Shown: positions 23,508 through 34,761 of the stretch, piece after piece | Layout of the letters: every line of letters starts with the position of its first letter | Position numbering within the stretch: the first letter of the stretch is position 1 | Source: Cyanophora paradoxa CCMP329 | Lineage: Eukaryota > Plantae > Glaucophyta | DNA length: 59,825 bases | Direction of reading: 5' to 3' | Assembly: GCA_004431415.1 (NCBI GenBank) | Contig: QPMI01000307.1 | Span: 1 to 59,825, forward strand | Translations under genes and position numbers: made by a program | The notes under the pieces: model-generated | The model's input: the letters and a program-made list of their open reading frames with translations, nothing else | Told to the model about the DNA's origin: nothing | Database searches by the model: none

Positions 23508-26127
23508 ATGTTCATAGACTCGGATAACTTCGGCAATGTGTACGACAACATGCGTGTCAATGCTGGACAGTTCAAGACGCCGGTCATCATATTCGTGGCG
23601 CCAGACCCAGACGCGATCCTGGCCCACCGCTGCATCACAGTGCGCAGAATCCCCGCTGCGCCAGGACAGCTCTCGATGTTGCCTAGAGCGCTCACAATGG
23701 TCAACACACCCGCCGCCGGCTGACTGCGGCCGCAGGCGATGTTCAGCCAGGACGTCGTTCCCTTCACGTCGATCCCTGTTGCGTCCGAGGCGGAACTCAT
23801 AGCGCAGTACAACATTCAGGTTAAGCCATATCTGATGGAGAAGGTGCAACCGCCGCCTCAGCCATCGTCCTGTCAGATGTTTGAATCCGCTTGCGCGCCA
23901 GATTCACTCGATTCTCCTGATCAACTGTGGCGCGCAATGCAACATTCCCGACAGGTTCGACCTCGATGAGGAAGGCGCGCATCACACGGTGTACGTGCTG
24001 GACAACCACCGGCCCTTCATGCTCGAGAACGTGCACTACAAGCGCGAGCCGGTGCTGCGACTTGTGCTCGTGCCTCGGGCGCCGCTAACGCGCCACTCGT
24101 GCGCAGCTGCTCATCTTGGTGCCCGTGATCCACGACGAGCCCGCAACCGACGAGGACACAGTGCCTCCACTCCCCACGAAGAACGAACTGGAGGAGCAGC
24201 AATACATGGTCTTCGAGGAGGACATCGACGATAGTGCGTGTGCCAGCGCTCCCGCCAACTCGGAGTCTAACGCCTTCGCGTAGGCCACGAAGATGAAGCA
24301 GAAAGCAAGAGGGCGAAGCTGAACAGGCAACTGGAAGAGGAGGAGAACGATCCCGAGCTGAAGAGGATGCGCGACAACGTTCGGGCCAGGCGGCAGTACC
24401 ACAAGCACACGTACTACGGGCCCAGCTCAGCGATGCAGGTGGGTTGGCACGCGTGCTTGGAGCCGAGACGAGGCTTGAGGGGGCGTGCAGGCGCTGATGA
24501 TGGCGGACTCGACGTCAAGGCGGTCGAGCGACTTCGTCTGGTTCGGAGCCGTCGGCCTCATGGGCATGATGCTCATGCAGAGGGTAGACTCGGCCCTCTA
24601 CACGCAGCAGATCGAGACGGCGCGCCCTCTCGCTTCGCTCCGCCTCTGGCGCGCCCCTGACCGTTGCGCGGGGCAGGTCGCCGACGTGCTGCAGAACCTG
24701 ACCTCGTCGCTGGTGCCGGAGTCGGACGGCAACGCCGCCTTCGCGAACTTCCAGGACGACAAGATCACCTTCAAGCAGGAGTGCGCGCGGCCCGGCGGGG
24801 GCCGGGCGGGAGGGGTGGGAGGGCGGCGCTGAGGCGGGGGCAGGTTCCGGTTCATGCTGCTGAACCACTGGACGCTGTACGAGTCGATGCTGAACTCGCC
24901 CTTCGTGGCGGCCAAGCTCGCCACCTTCAAGGAGGCCGGCCGCAACAACCTCAACATGCTCCTCGCCAAGGCGCGCGGGGGGGCCCCCGCGCCCGCCCCG
25001 CCGCCTCTGAGCGGGCGCAGGCGGGGATCCCCCTCCGGGATGCCAAGCGGCACTTCTCGTCGTGGACGAGCCCCCTGAAGGACGCCCTCGACGAGGTCCG
25101 CCCGGCCCGGACGCCCGCTGGCCCCCCCCCCCCCCCCCCCCCCCCCTCTCCCACCCCGTCTGAGCCGGCGCGCCGCAGGGCCTGGAGCAGTACGCGGAAG
25201 AGTTCCAGCTCGACGACTTCAAGATGCCCTCCTTCGTCCGGGTGCGCGACCCGCCGCCGCCGCTGCCGCCGCCCCGTCGGCCCCGCCGACGGCGCGCGCA
25301 GCGGGTGGGGATGGCGGGCCACGTGACGGCCTCGGACATCGCGAACGCGCTCGCGGCCGTCGTGGAGCTGGGGGTGCACGTGGAGCGGGACCCGAGCAAG
25401 CCGGACCGGCTCGCGGCGCTGCCGGCGTGGCAGCAGCGCTTCTGGCAGGCGTACGACATCCTCAACTGGCGCACGGGGGCCTACAAGAAGGCCATCCAGC
25501 AGGCGATCGCCGTGCAGGCGGCCGTCATGTCCCACGGGCGCGCCCTCCTGGAGAAGAAGAAGATCGTGCACACGGGGCCCTTCCGCTACGTGGTCATCGA
25601 CGTGCGCCGCGCGCATACCGCTGCGGCGCGGGGGCGCGGGGCGAGGCGGGGGCGGCAGGACATCGCGGAGGCGCACGCGCAGCCGATCGTGCTGGAGCGC
25701 CTCGCCAACTTCCTCGTCGAGGCGCTGCGCGAGTTGCGCAAGCCCCTGAAGCCGATGCTCGTCTGCGGCCTCCGCGCCGACGCCTACATCTGCGTCGGCG
25801 TCGCCGCCGCCCCGGACTCCGGCTCCGTCGAGCCCAAGTGCGGCCCCCCCCCTCCTCTCCCCCACGCCCCGGGCCGACGGCGGGGGCCCTTCCGCGCAGC
25901 CCGTTCAACTACATGTACCGCACGGTGGCCGAAGCCTCGAAGGCGAAGATCGAGGACATCTCCTTCGACATGCACGTCATCAAGGCCCGCCGGCGCCCTC
26001 CCATCCCCCCCGCGCCCCCCTCGAACCCCCCCGGCAGGTCCCCAAGTCGGACTTCCAGAACTGGATCGACAAGCTGCACTCCTCCCGCAGCACACTCGGC
26101 AAGCGGCCCCGCGCCGCCGCGGGCTAG
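23508..26127 (+). CDS. CDC45: Cell division control protein 45 (14 exons)
   Basis: VIIFVAPDPDAILA, ILLINCGA, VYVLDNHRPFMLENVH, acidic insert, VWFGAVGL, FRFMLLNHWTLYESMLNSPFVAAKL, LLAKAGIPL, VTASD, FWQAYDIL, GPFRY, KPMLV. Confidence 0.95.
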
Positions 26128-26183
26128 GGCCCTCCCTCCTTTCCCAGGGGCCCCTAGGGCCCTCCCTCCTTTCCCAGGGGCCC
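26124..26183. repeat. Perfect 30-bp tandem duplication including the CDC45 stop codon
   Basis: ctagggccctccctcctttcccaggggccc x2. Confidence 0.9.
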
Positions 26184-26326
26184 CAATCCCCGGGCCCTAC
26201 CCCTCCACCCCACCTACCTCCCATCCCTCTGCAGCGCGCCCCCACTCGTAATCGTCCGGGGCGGACCAATTTTGTGCGCCGCTGCTCCTGAATGGAACAG
26301 CGGACTCTGTGGGCGCGGTCTGGGGC

Positions 26327-27606
26327 CTAGGGCCTGCGGTCGACGACGGGGAAGGAGATCTCGACGAGGCCGGTGATGCCGGCGCGCATCACCTGGCCGG
26401 CCTTCACCTGCCCCACGCCCTCCGGCGTCCCTGCCCCGCGCCCCTCAGCGGCGGCGGAGGGCGCGGGGCGCGGGCGCGGGGCGGGGCACCGGTGGCGATG
26501 ACGTCGCCGGGCTCGAGGGTCATGATGGAGGAGATGTACGCCACCAGCTCCGGGATCTTGAAGATCATGTCCCCTGCCCCGCCCTCGCCACCGGCGGCGC
26601 CGCGGGGGCGGGGGCAGCGGCGCACGCGTGTTGCCCTTCTGCCGCAGCTCGTTGTCCACCTGCCACGCCGCTCGGCCCGCGGCCGGTCGGGGGGAAGCGC
26701 GGGGGGCTCACGAAGCAGTAGAGCTCCAGATCGTGGGGGTCCCTCACGCGGCCCTTTTCGATGAACTCCGACATCGGGGTGAAGCTGTCGTACCCCTGCA
26801 GCCCCCTTCACCCCGGCCGGGCGGGACCCCCGGGGCGGGGCGGCTCGCCTTGGCGACGGTCCAGGGAAGGCCCTTGTTCTTGGCGGCGTTTTGGATGTCG
26901 CGGGCCGTCATGTCCAGGAGGCACGTGTACCCTGCGATGTGCCTCTCCGCGTCCGCCTGCCGTACGTCCCGGCACGTCTCTCCGATCACCACGCCTGCCA
27001 GAGGGCGTCGAACGGGCTCGCGCGCGCGTCGGCGCGTCGGCGGGGCGGACCTAGCTCGACTGCGCTCGCGGGGCCGGGCGGATTTGAGCGGGTTAGCTGG
27101 GGAGGTTGCTCCGCTCGGAAGGCTAGCGACGCGAATCACCCTCGTGGTGGAGGTCCTTGCAGGCCGCGGGGATCTCTACCTTGCCGCCCTGGGAGACGTA
27201 GCTGCGCGTACGCGGCGGCCCGGCCCTTCGTCACCGGCACCGCGCGGCCCAGAGCGCGGCGTCGGCGGCCGGCCGACCTAGTCGTTGGCTTCAGGAAGAG
27301 GATCGGCTCCTTCGGCTTCTCCGCCTGGGACGACCGCATGAGCCGCCTCGACCTCGACGCCGCGGCAGCGCATGCGGAGCGAAACCTTCATCTCCTTCGC
27401 GTGCGCTGCGATTGCGTCGCGTTAGCGCTTCGCGGCGACAGTGCTGCGGACCGCGGGCCCACCCTCATAGTTGCGGCCGATGGCAACGATTTTCCGGCCG
27501 CGGCCCTGCAAAGTGTGAGCGCGTCGCTGGCGGCGCATCAATTCAGCACACGTACCAAGATGCCGGAAAGCGAGCTGAGCGACCGGCGTGCGCCGGGGAG
27601 CACCAT
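26327..27606 (-). CDS. FAHD1: Fumarylacetoacetate-hydrolase-family acylpyruvase / oxaloacetate decarboxylase
   Basis: [96 protein letters not shown]. Confidence 0.95.
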
Positions 27607-27778
27607 TCGACGTGATGAGCCTGGGTAGCGCGTTCAATCTTTCGCCTGCAGCCGTTTGGCGACGTATGGCGACGTCAAAGCGACGTCATCGCTCTCGATC
27701 TCATAGGCTCGGCGGGAGGCAGCCGTCTGGCTCATTTCTAGCTGTACCGCGAGCGCTTCGATATTATCCGTAGCACAA

Positions 27779-29322
27779 ATGGCCCCGCCGCCGGTCATCG
27801 TGGTGTTGGGCTCGACGGGTTAGCGGCGCCGGCCCCCGCCCTCCTGATCGGCGCGGCTCTCGCCGAGCTGACTGGGAGGCGAAGGAAAGCAGGGCGGAGC
27901 CGTCGTGAAGCATCTGCTGGAGAAGCGGACGTTCCAGGTCGTCGCCTTCGGTACGATACGCTAGCGCTGCCTCCGCCTTTCGTCTGGCTCCTCCGGCGGC
28001 CCTAACGCGTTCATGCCCCGCAGTGCGCGACACGAACAGCGCGAAGGCGCGGCGGCTGGCGGAGCAGGGCGTGCGGCTGGTCGCGGGGGACCAGAGCGAC
28101 GCGCAGGCGCTGCGGGAGGCCTTTGCGGGGGCGGCCGGCGTCTTCTCCGTCCAGGCCTCATTCGACGGCATGACGCCCATCATCGATAAGGAGATCCAGC
28201 AGGCGCGCCAGCACAGCGCCCGTCCCGCTGGCCCCTTTTCGCATCGCCTCCGGAGCTAGCGCTGTAGCTGACTGCGCACGGCCGCCGGGCAGGGCAAGAA
28301 CGTGGCGGACGCATGCAAGGCGGCCGGCGTGAAGCACCTCGTGTACAGGCGAGCATTTGGTACTCTGCGGTCCGCCTCGCTCGGCTGATGCGATGCGGAC
28401 GGCGCCGTAGCTCGGTGGGGAGCGCCAACCGCAGCACTGGCGTGCCACATTTCGACTCGTGCGCGGCCCGGCCGGCGGCGTGCCGCGCACGCCTCACGCG
28501 GCGCGCAGGAAGTACGCGATCGAGCAGCACATCAAGCAGCTCGGCGTGCCGGCGACGATCCTCCGTCCGACGTACTTCATGGACAACATGGTGATCGGGG
28601 ACGCTGCCGCCCCCAAGCCCGGCGTCGCCAAGGGCTTCACCGAGCCCAGCACCCGCATCCAGATGGTGCCCCGCCCGCCTCCCTCCGCCCTCTTGCACCG
28701 CTTACCCCACCCCGCGCAGGTCGCGGTCGACGACATCGGTGCCCCCGGCGGCCCCCCCCGGGGCATTTTCCTTTCGCGCCCCTCACCGTACTCCGCGCAG
28801 GCGGCTTCGCGGCGATGTGCTTCGCGGACTCTGGTCGCTGGATCGGTGCGCCCGCCAAGGGGGCTGACCCCCCACGCCCGGGCTCACTGCGGTGCAGGGA
28901 AGGAGGTCGACCTCGCCGGCGACGAAGTCAACGGGCCTCAGCTCGCGCAGGCCTTCGAGCGCGTGTGCGGGTACCCCTTCAAGTACGATCATCCGCCGCT
29001 CTTCGTCCTCAAGCTCTTCGCCCGCGAGGTCCGCCCCCGCCCCCCTCCGCGGCCGGTACCCCCGCATGCAAGCTCCCCCCGCCGACCGCCCCTGGCCGGC
29101 CGCAGTTCTTCCTCATGGTCGACTGGTTCCAGCGCGTGGGGTACAGCGCGAACATCGCTGAGGTGCGCTCCCCGGCTGCGAACCGGAAGGCGCGCAGCAG
29201 CGCGAGCATCGGGGGCGCAGTTGCGGAAGGCGTACCCCATGAAGACGGTCGAGCAGTGGCTGCGCGAGAACGACATGGCGGCCAAGCTGCCCCGCCCGGA
29301 GCCGTGCTGCACAGTGATGTGA
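27779..29322 (+). CDS. NmrA/HSCARG-like NAD(P)-binding protein with C-terminal CaaX (CCTVM)
   Basis: IVVLGSTGKQGGAVVKHLL, EIQQGKNVADACKAAGVKHLVYSSV, TGVPHFDSKYAIEQHI, TILRPTYFMDN, VAVDDIG, GKEVDLAGD. Confidence 0.93.
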
Positions 29323-30048
29323 GCGCCGCGGCGCGCGCTAGCCCGAGTCAACGTCGACGTCCGCAAGCTCCAGGCCTAGGAAGCAGGCGCCGGGCGCGCG
29401 CGCCCGCGCCCTCGGTGCATCTTGCGAGCTCGAGCATTTTTAGTGACCATCTGCAGTTTACTTACTTGATTAATGTAATACTTCGTTCTTTGAGGCCGGC
29501 GCGCGCCGTTCTGCCGCAGTGCCGGGCTGCAATTGCAGTCATTGAATTGCGCATGCAGCGCTAGCCTACGTATATACTCCTAGCTATAGGCTAGCTCGCC
29601 AGCCTGGCAGCCGCAAATGCGCATGGCCATGCATATGGCCATGGCGCCGGCGCATTCATGATCAACGTCCCCGAATTCGACGCGTAGCTTGTTCCGGCGC
29701 GCTAGCTATCGCGTGAGGGCAGCGCTGCGTGCCCTGCGGCATGCGAGCTGCGCATGCACATGTGCCGCTTTGAGGGCAGGAGCGCTAGCATCGTACCCCC
29801 CGCCCGGGATCCCAGATCGACCAAAGAGCTCTACGTCGAGCTGTCTGGTTAAAGATGCTGCCATGATGCTGCCATGATGTTGCTGGCGCTGCGTTGATCT
29901 GCTGCGGATCACGCTGACGTGAACCTCGCCCGGTCCGCAATCTGCGCTTCGATTACTGGCGCTGTGTTGATGTCTTTTCATCTGCGCAGGGCGCTGGCAA
30001 CGCATCCGGCGTTGCCCGTGTCCGGCAGCGGGAAAGCTTAAGCCGAGC

Positions 30049-31590
30049 ATGGGCAGCTGTTGCTCGGCGGCGCGTGGGTTCAAACTTAAGCATGCACTTG
30101 CGAACATCACTAATGCTCGCGCAGTCGACCGCTGCGGAGCCGGGGAGCTACAGGGCGCCACACAAGTGGACCTACGACAGGGACGACGCCCCCAAGGACC
30201 CGCGGAAGTCCGACAGAGAGCTCCGGCAGCTCATCGCCGCTGGTGCGCCCTGCGCCGCCCACCTGCGCCCGCCGCGGGCGGGGAGTCGGGGACAGCCTGG
30301 CCTAACGCCGGCCCCGCGCGCAGTGCAAGCGCACCGGCCAAAGACCCCAGAGACGGTACGCACCGCGTGTGGCCCGCCCTTCTGCCAGCTCGCTTACGCT
30401 GCGCCGCGCCCGCGCGCGACCCTCTTCGGCCGGCAGGAGTTCGAGGTGCATGCGCTCGCCCTCCCTCCGCCGAGCGGCGCCGGGGCTCACCGCGGGGGCA
30501 GATCGTGGAGGACCCCCTCGCCGGCGTGCAGTCCGGCAAGGAGGAGGACGTCAAGCCCCCCGAGCCCGTCGTCAAGGCGAGCCGTCCCGCCCATCCGGCG
30601 GCCGGCGCGCTGAGCGGCGCCGGCGCAGCCGTCGTTCCTGTACGAGAAGAAGGAGGACGCGCGGCGGCGGCCCTCCGCGGAGAACGCGCGCCGAGGGGCG
30701 GCGGAGGACCGCGGGCCGCCGGCGCCGGTGCCGGCGGCGGCGTGGGGCGCGGGCCCTCGCCGGCGGCGGTGGCGCTGGCGCTGGCGCGGAGGCCGGAGCG
30801 GGGGTGGGAGGGCGGGGGCCTCCACGTGGACCCCGACCGGGACGCCCCCACGCTCGTCGAGCCCCTCGCCGCGGGGGACGGCGCCCTCGACGAGGGCCCG
30901 CCCGCCCCGCCCCGGCCTCCGCCGCCGCTCCCTCCTCTCCCACCAGGCCCTCTCCACGGGGCCCGGCAGGCCCCTCCGCCGCCCCGCACAGCGCCGCCGC
31001 CCTCGCCGGCGCCCCCTCCGCCCCGGCCCCCGCCCCCTCGGCGCACGGCTTCGGCCCCGCCGCGCCGCCCCGCGCCGCGCCTCCCCAGCCCCGCGTGGCC
31101 CGCTCGGGCTCCTTCCACTCGCAGGCGCCCCCGAGCTACGCCCCGCACCCCTCCCCGAGCTACGCGTCCCACCCCTCCCCGAGCTTCGTGCGCCCCGCCC
31201 GCCCGCCCGCCCGCCCGCCGCGCCGCTGACGGTCAGCAGCTCCTGCAGGCCCCGCAGCCGGCGCCTCCGCGCACGCCGGGGCGGGAGGCGAGCCCGTCGC
31301 TGCTGATGCCGCAGCCGGGGGCGTGGCCGCCCGACTGGCCGCCCACGCTCGGGCACCCCGGGCCGAGCGCCTCGCCCCTGGGGGGGGCCTACTCGGCGGG
31401 GGCCCCGGCGGTGGCGGCCCCCGTGCGGGTGATCGGGGCGATCGCCGTGGGGCGCACCAGCTCCGTCCCCGTGATCCCGAGCCCTGCCTCGCGCCCCGTC
31501 TCCCGCTCCCGCCCCCTCGGCATCCCCTCCCTGTCCGCGCCCCTCGTCCCCGGCTACCACACCGCCGGCAACCCCGCCCTCTACCCCTGA
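30049..31590 (+). CDS. Unknown Pro-rich protein with N-terminal MGSCCS dual-acylation motif
   Basis: ATG GGC AGC TGT TGC TCG GCG, then a GC-AG intron with a CTAAT branch site, then codon-biased exons (STAAEPGSYRAPHKWTYDRDD..., IVEDPLAG...). Stop at 31590 is followed by an AT-rich 3' region. Confidence 0.65.
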   Translation: MGSCCSAARGFKLKHALANITNARAVDRCGAGELQGATQVDLRQGRRPQGPAEVRQRAPAAHRRWCALRRPPAPAAGGESGTAWPNAGPARSASAPAKDPRDGTHRVWPALLPARLRCAAPARDPLRPAGVRGACARPPSAERRRGSPRGQIVEDPLAGVQSGKEEDVKPPEPVVKASRPAHPAAGALSGAGAAVVPVREEGGRAAAALRGERAPRGGGGPRAAGAGAGGGVGRGPSPAAVALALARRPERGWEGGGLHVDPDRDAPTLVEPLAAGDGALDEGPPAPPRPPPPLPPLPPGPLHGARQAPPPPRTAPPPSPAPPPPRPPPPRRTASAPPRRPAPRLPSPAWPARAPSTRRRPRATPRTPPRATRPTPPRASCAPPARPPARRAADGQQLLQAPQPAPPRTPGREASPSLLMPQPGAWPPDWPPTLGHPGPSASPLGGAYSAGAPAVAAPVRVIGAIAVGRTSSVPVIPSPASRPVSRSRPLGIPSLSAPLVPGYHTAGNPALYP

Positions 31591-32202
31591 GCCCCCGCCT
31601 CCCTCGCACCCGCACCCTCCCTCTCTCCCTCTCTCGTTTCGCATGCGCGCTTTTCGCAGTCCTGAGGTTGTATTTTATTCTAGTTCGGGGCCTATTTTGC
31701 ATTATTATTCCCATAGAGTACGAGTCAACTTGCAAGTTTTGGATAGGGTGAGGTGTATCGTTTGCAATTGTCCGCACTCTCGAGCTGTTTAGGTTTGCAG
31801 CCTGAACATAGCTAGAACACATGTACATGTACACCGTGACAGCTCATGATCAGCCACCAAGCTCTGCGGGGCTCTGCCGCGGCCTGGCAGCCTGGCAGCC
31901 GCAGACTCTGAGAGTCGGCCCGGTGGCCGCGCGCGCTCAGCGCGGCTCGCCGAGTCGCGCCGAGGACCGTCGGATTCTAACCTCACTGCGCGCAGCTGCA
32001 GGGCTAGCATCCAGCTGCAGGCATCGATATCTAATCGTCCAGGTACCCCACGCGTACGCGGGGGCCCGGGCCCGGGGGGCCGTGACCAGCATCAATATTG
32101 AATACGGCATGCGCAGGGGGTACTAGACCAACTTCGAATTCCCGGGGGTACAAGTGGAAAGTGGAGGAGGGGTATAAGTGAGAAGTGATGGGTACTAGTG
32201 CG

Positions 32203-34681
32203 ATGATGGCCAGCGCGTTTGTCGGGCCGCCAGCAGCGGTGCCTGCGGCACCAAAGGCATGCGCGGGCGCAGCATCCTGCGCACCGCAAACGCCCGTATG
32301 CTCGTACGCGGCCAGCTCACCGGCGGTCGACATTCGCCGCACGCCCGGAGCGCACGTGCACGTGCCAGCGAGCCCGACGAGCAGGGTCCATCGTCGTCAC
32401 GCCTCTGCACTGCGCTCCAGCTGGTGGGGAGCGCCCGCGCGTCCGGTTCGGCGCGTTAGCGCTGTCGGCGCCGGACGGGCGCACCCACAGCAGCTGCAGC
32501 TGCAAGTCTCGGCGAGCTCAGAAGGCGCCGAAGGGTCCGGCGCGGCTCGCAAGCGCGTCGCAGTCATTGGGGCCGGCTGGGCGGGCCTCGCCGCCGCGCA
32601 CCACCTTTCCAAGTCCGGCGTCGATGTGACCCTCATCGAGGCGAGCCGGCCAGGCGGTGCGCCGCCGCATCGCGAGCTCCAGGCGGCTCGGCCCGCGCCC
32701 TCAAGCCCGCGCGCGCGCGCGCGCAGGCCTTGTTGCGGGCTGGCGGACGGAGAAGGGGCGGCCGACGGAGGCCGGCATCCACGGGTTCTGGCATCAGGTC
32801 CGGCCCCCACTGCCGCCGCGCGGCGCTCCTCCCGAACCACGCCCCGTCCCGCCGCCTAGGCCTGAGGCGCGTGCGCGCTCGCGCAGTACCACAACATCTT
32901 CCGGCTGGTGGAGGAGCTGGGCCTGGACCCCTTCACGGGCTACGCGGAGCAGGGGCAGTACTCCCCGCGCGGCCTCGAGGCCGTCTGGCCCGTCTTCCGG
33001 GAGCAGCCGCAGCTGCCGGCCCCCCTCGGCAGCCTCGCCCACACGCGCTTCCTCAACCTCCCCTGGGCGGAGCGGGCCTCCGCCCTGCCCCTCGTCCTCC
33101 CCGTCCTCGACTTCGACAACTCGGACGAGGCCTGGCGCCGCTACGACAAGGCCCGCCGCCCCTCGCCGCCCCGGGCGCGGCTCCGCTGCTGAGCGGGGCG
33201 GCAGCTGTCGGCGCGGGAGCTCTTCCGGCGGTGGGGCGTCTCCCGGCGGCTCTACCGCGAGGCCTTCGAGCCCATGCTCCTCACCGGCCCGCCCCGCCCG
33301 CCCCGCCCGCCCCGCCCCGGCGCCGCCCCCGTGACGCCCCGGGCGCTGCAGGCCTCTTCGCCCCCGGGGAGAACTGCTCCGCGGCCGCCGCGATCGGGAT
33401 GGCGTACTTCTTCGTGCTGAACCACCAGAACAGGCGCGCGCCCTCCCGCGCGACCGCGGGCCCCCGCTGGCCCCCGCCCGTCTGACGGGCGCCGCCAGCT
33501 TCGACGTGCGGTGGTGCCGGGGCACGGTGGGCGAGCGCATCTTCGCGCCCTGGATCGCCCGCCTGGAGAAGCGGGGCGTGCGGACCCTCTTCGGGAGCCC
33601 CGTCTCCGACCTCCGCGTCGGTGCGGTGCCCCCTCCCGGCCGCCCCGCGCCTCCTCCGACGGGCCCCGCGGGCAGAGGGGAGGCGGGCGACGGGGGTGGT
33701 GCTGGCCGACGGGAGCGTCCTCGACGCCGACGCCGTCGTCTTTGCCGTGCCGCCCCCGGGCCCCTCCCCCCAGCGCGCTCGCGAGCCCCCCGCAGGTGGG
33801 GATCTCGGGCCTGCAGCGGATCGTGGCGGGGAGCGGCGCGCTCCGCTCCCGCCGCGAGTTCTGCGCCGTCGCCAACCTCCGGTGCCCCCGGCCCCGGCCC
33901 CCCGCCCCCCGCCCAAGATTCGAGCCGGGCCGGGGCGGGGGCGCAGGGCGGTGGACGCGCTTGCGGTGCGGCTGTGGCTGGACCGCAAGGTCGACGTGCC
34001 CCGCAGCGCCAACGCCGTCTGGGGCTTCGAGGAGACCACCGGGCCCGCCCCCGCCCCGCCCGCCCCACCCCCCGCCCCCGCGTCCAGCTGAGCGTCGGGG
34101 CAGGATGACGCTATTCGACCTGTCGGCGCTGCAGCCGGAGGAGTTCGCCGGCGAGGCGGGCACCGTCCTCGAGGTCGACAAGTACCACGCCGCCCAGGCC
34201 CGCCCCCGAGCCCCCCGCCCGGGCCCGCCGCCCGCTCACCCCGCCGGGCCCCCAGCTGAACGCGATGGAGGACGGGGAGATCGTGGAGCGGGTGCTGGGG
34301 CAGGTGCAGGCGCTGGTGCCCTCGGCGCGGGGCGCGCGCGTGGCGGACAGCAGCGTCGTCCGCATGCCCCGCGCCGTCTCCCACTTCTTCCCGGGCTCGT
34401 ACCAGCACCTCATGCGCACGCGCGGCACGGGCTTCGAGAACGTGGCGATGGCCGGCGACTGGATCGTGGACAACGAGCACGGCTCCTGGTCGCAGGAGAA
34501 GGCCTTCGTGACGGGCCTCTGGGCCGCCGACGCCGCCCTCGAGGCCGCCGGCGTCGCCGCCCCGCGCGCCGACGTCCTCCCCGTCGAGCCCGACGAGCCG
34601 CACATCCTCGCCGCCCGCGCCGCCCTGCGCGCCGCCCGCGGCGCCGCCGGCGCCGTCCTCCCCGACTTCTTCATGTTCTAG
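32203..34681 (+). CDS. Plastid-targeted FAD-dependent amine-oxidase/carotene-desaturase-family oxidoreductase of cyanobacterial type (11 exons)
   Basis: Ser/Ala/Arg-rich leader MMASAFVG; VAVIGAGWAGLAAAHHL, GGLVAGW, EAGIHGFW, DFDNSDEAWRRYD, AFEPMLLTGLFAPGENCSAAA, FDVRWCRGTVGERIF, MAGDW..HGSWSQEKAFVTG. Confidence 0.92.
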
Positions 34682-34761
34682 CCCGGGGGGCCGTACCGGC
34701 GCCTTCGTGTCTCTATAGCTACGAACTGGTCCGATCCGTGCTGTGGAGAGCCTGGCGGGGG

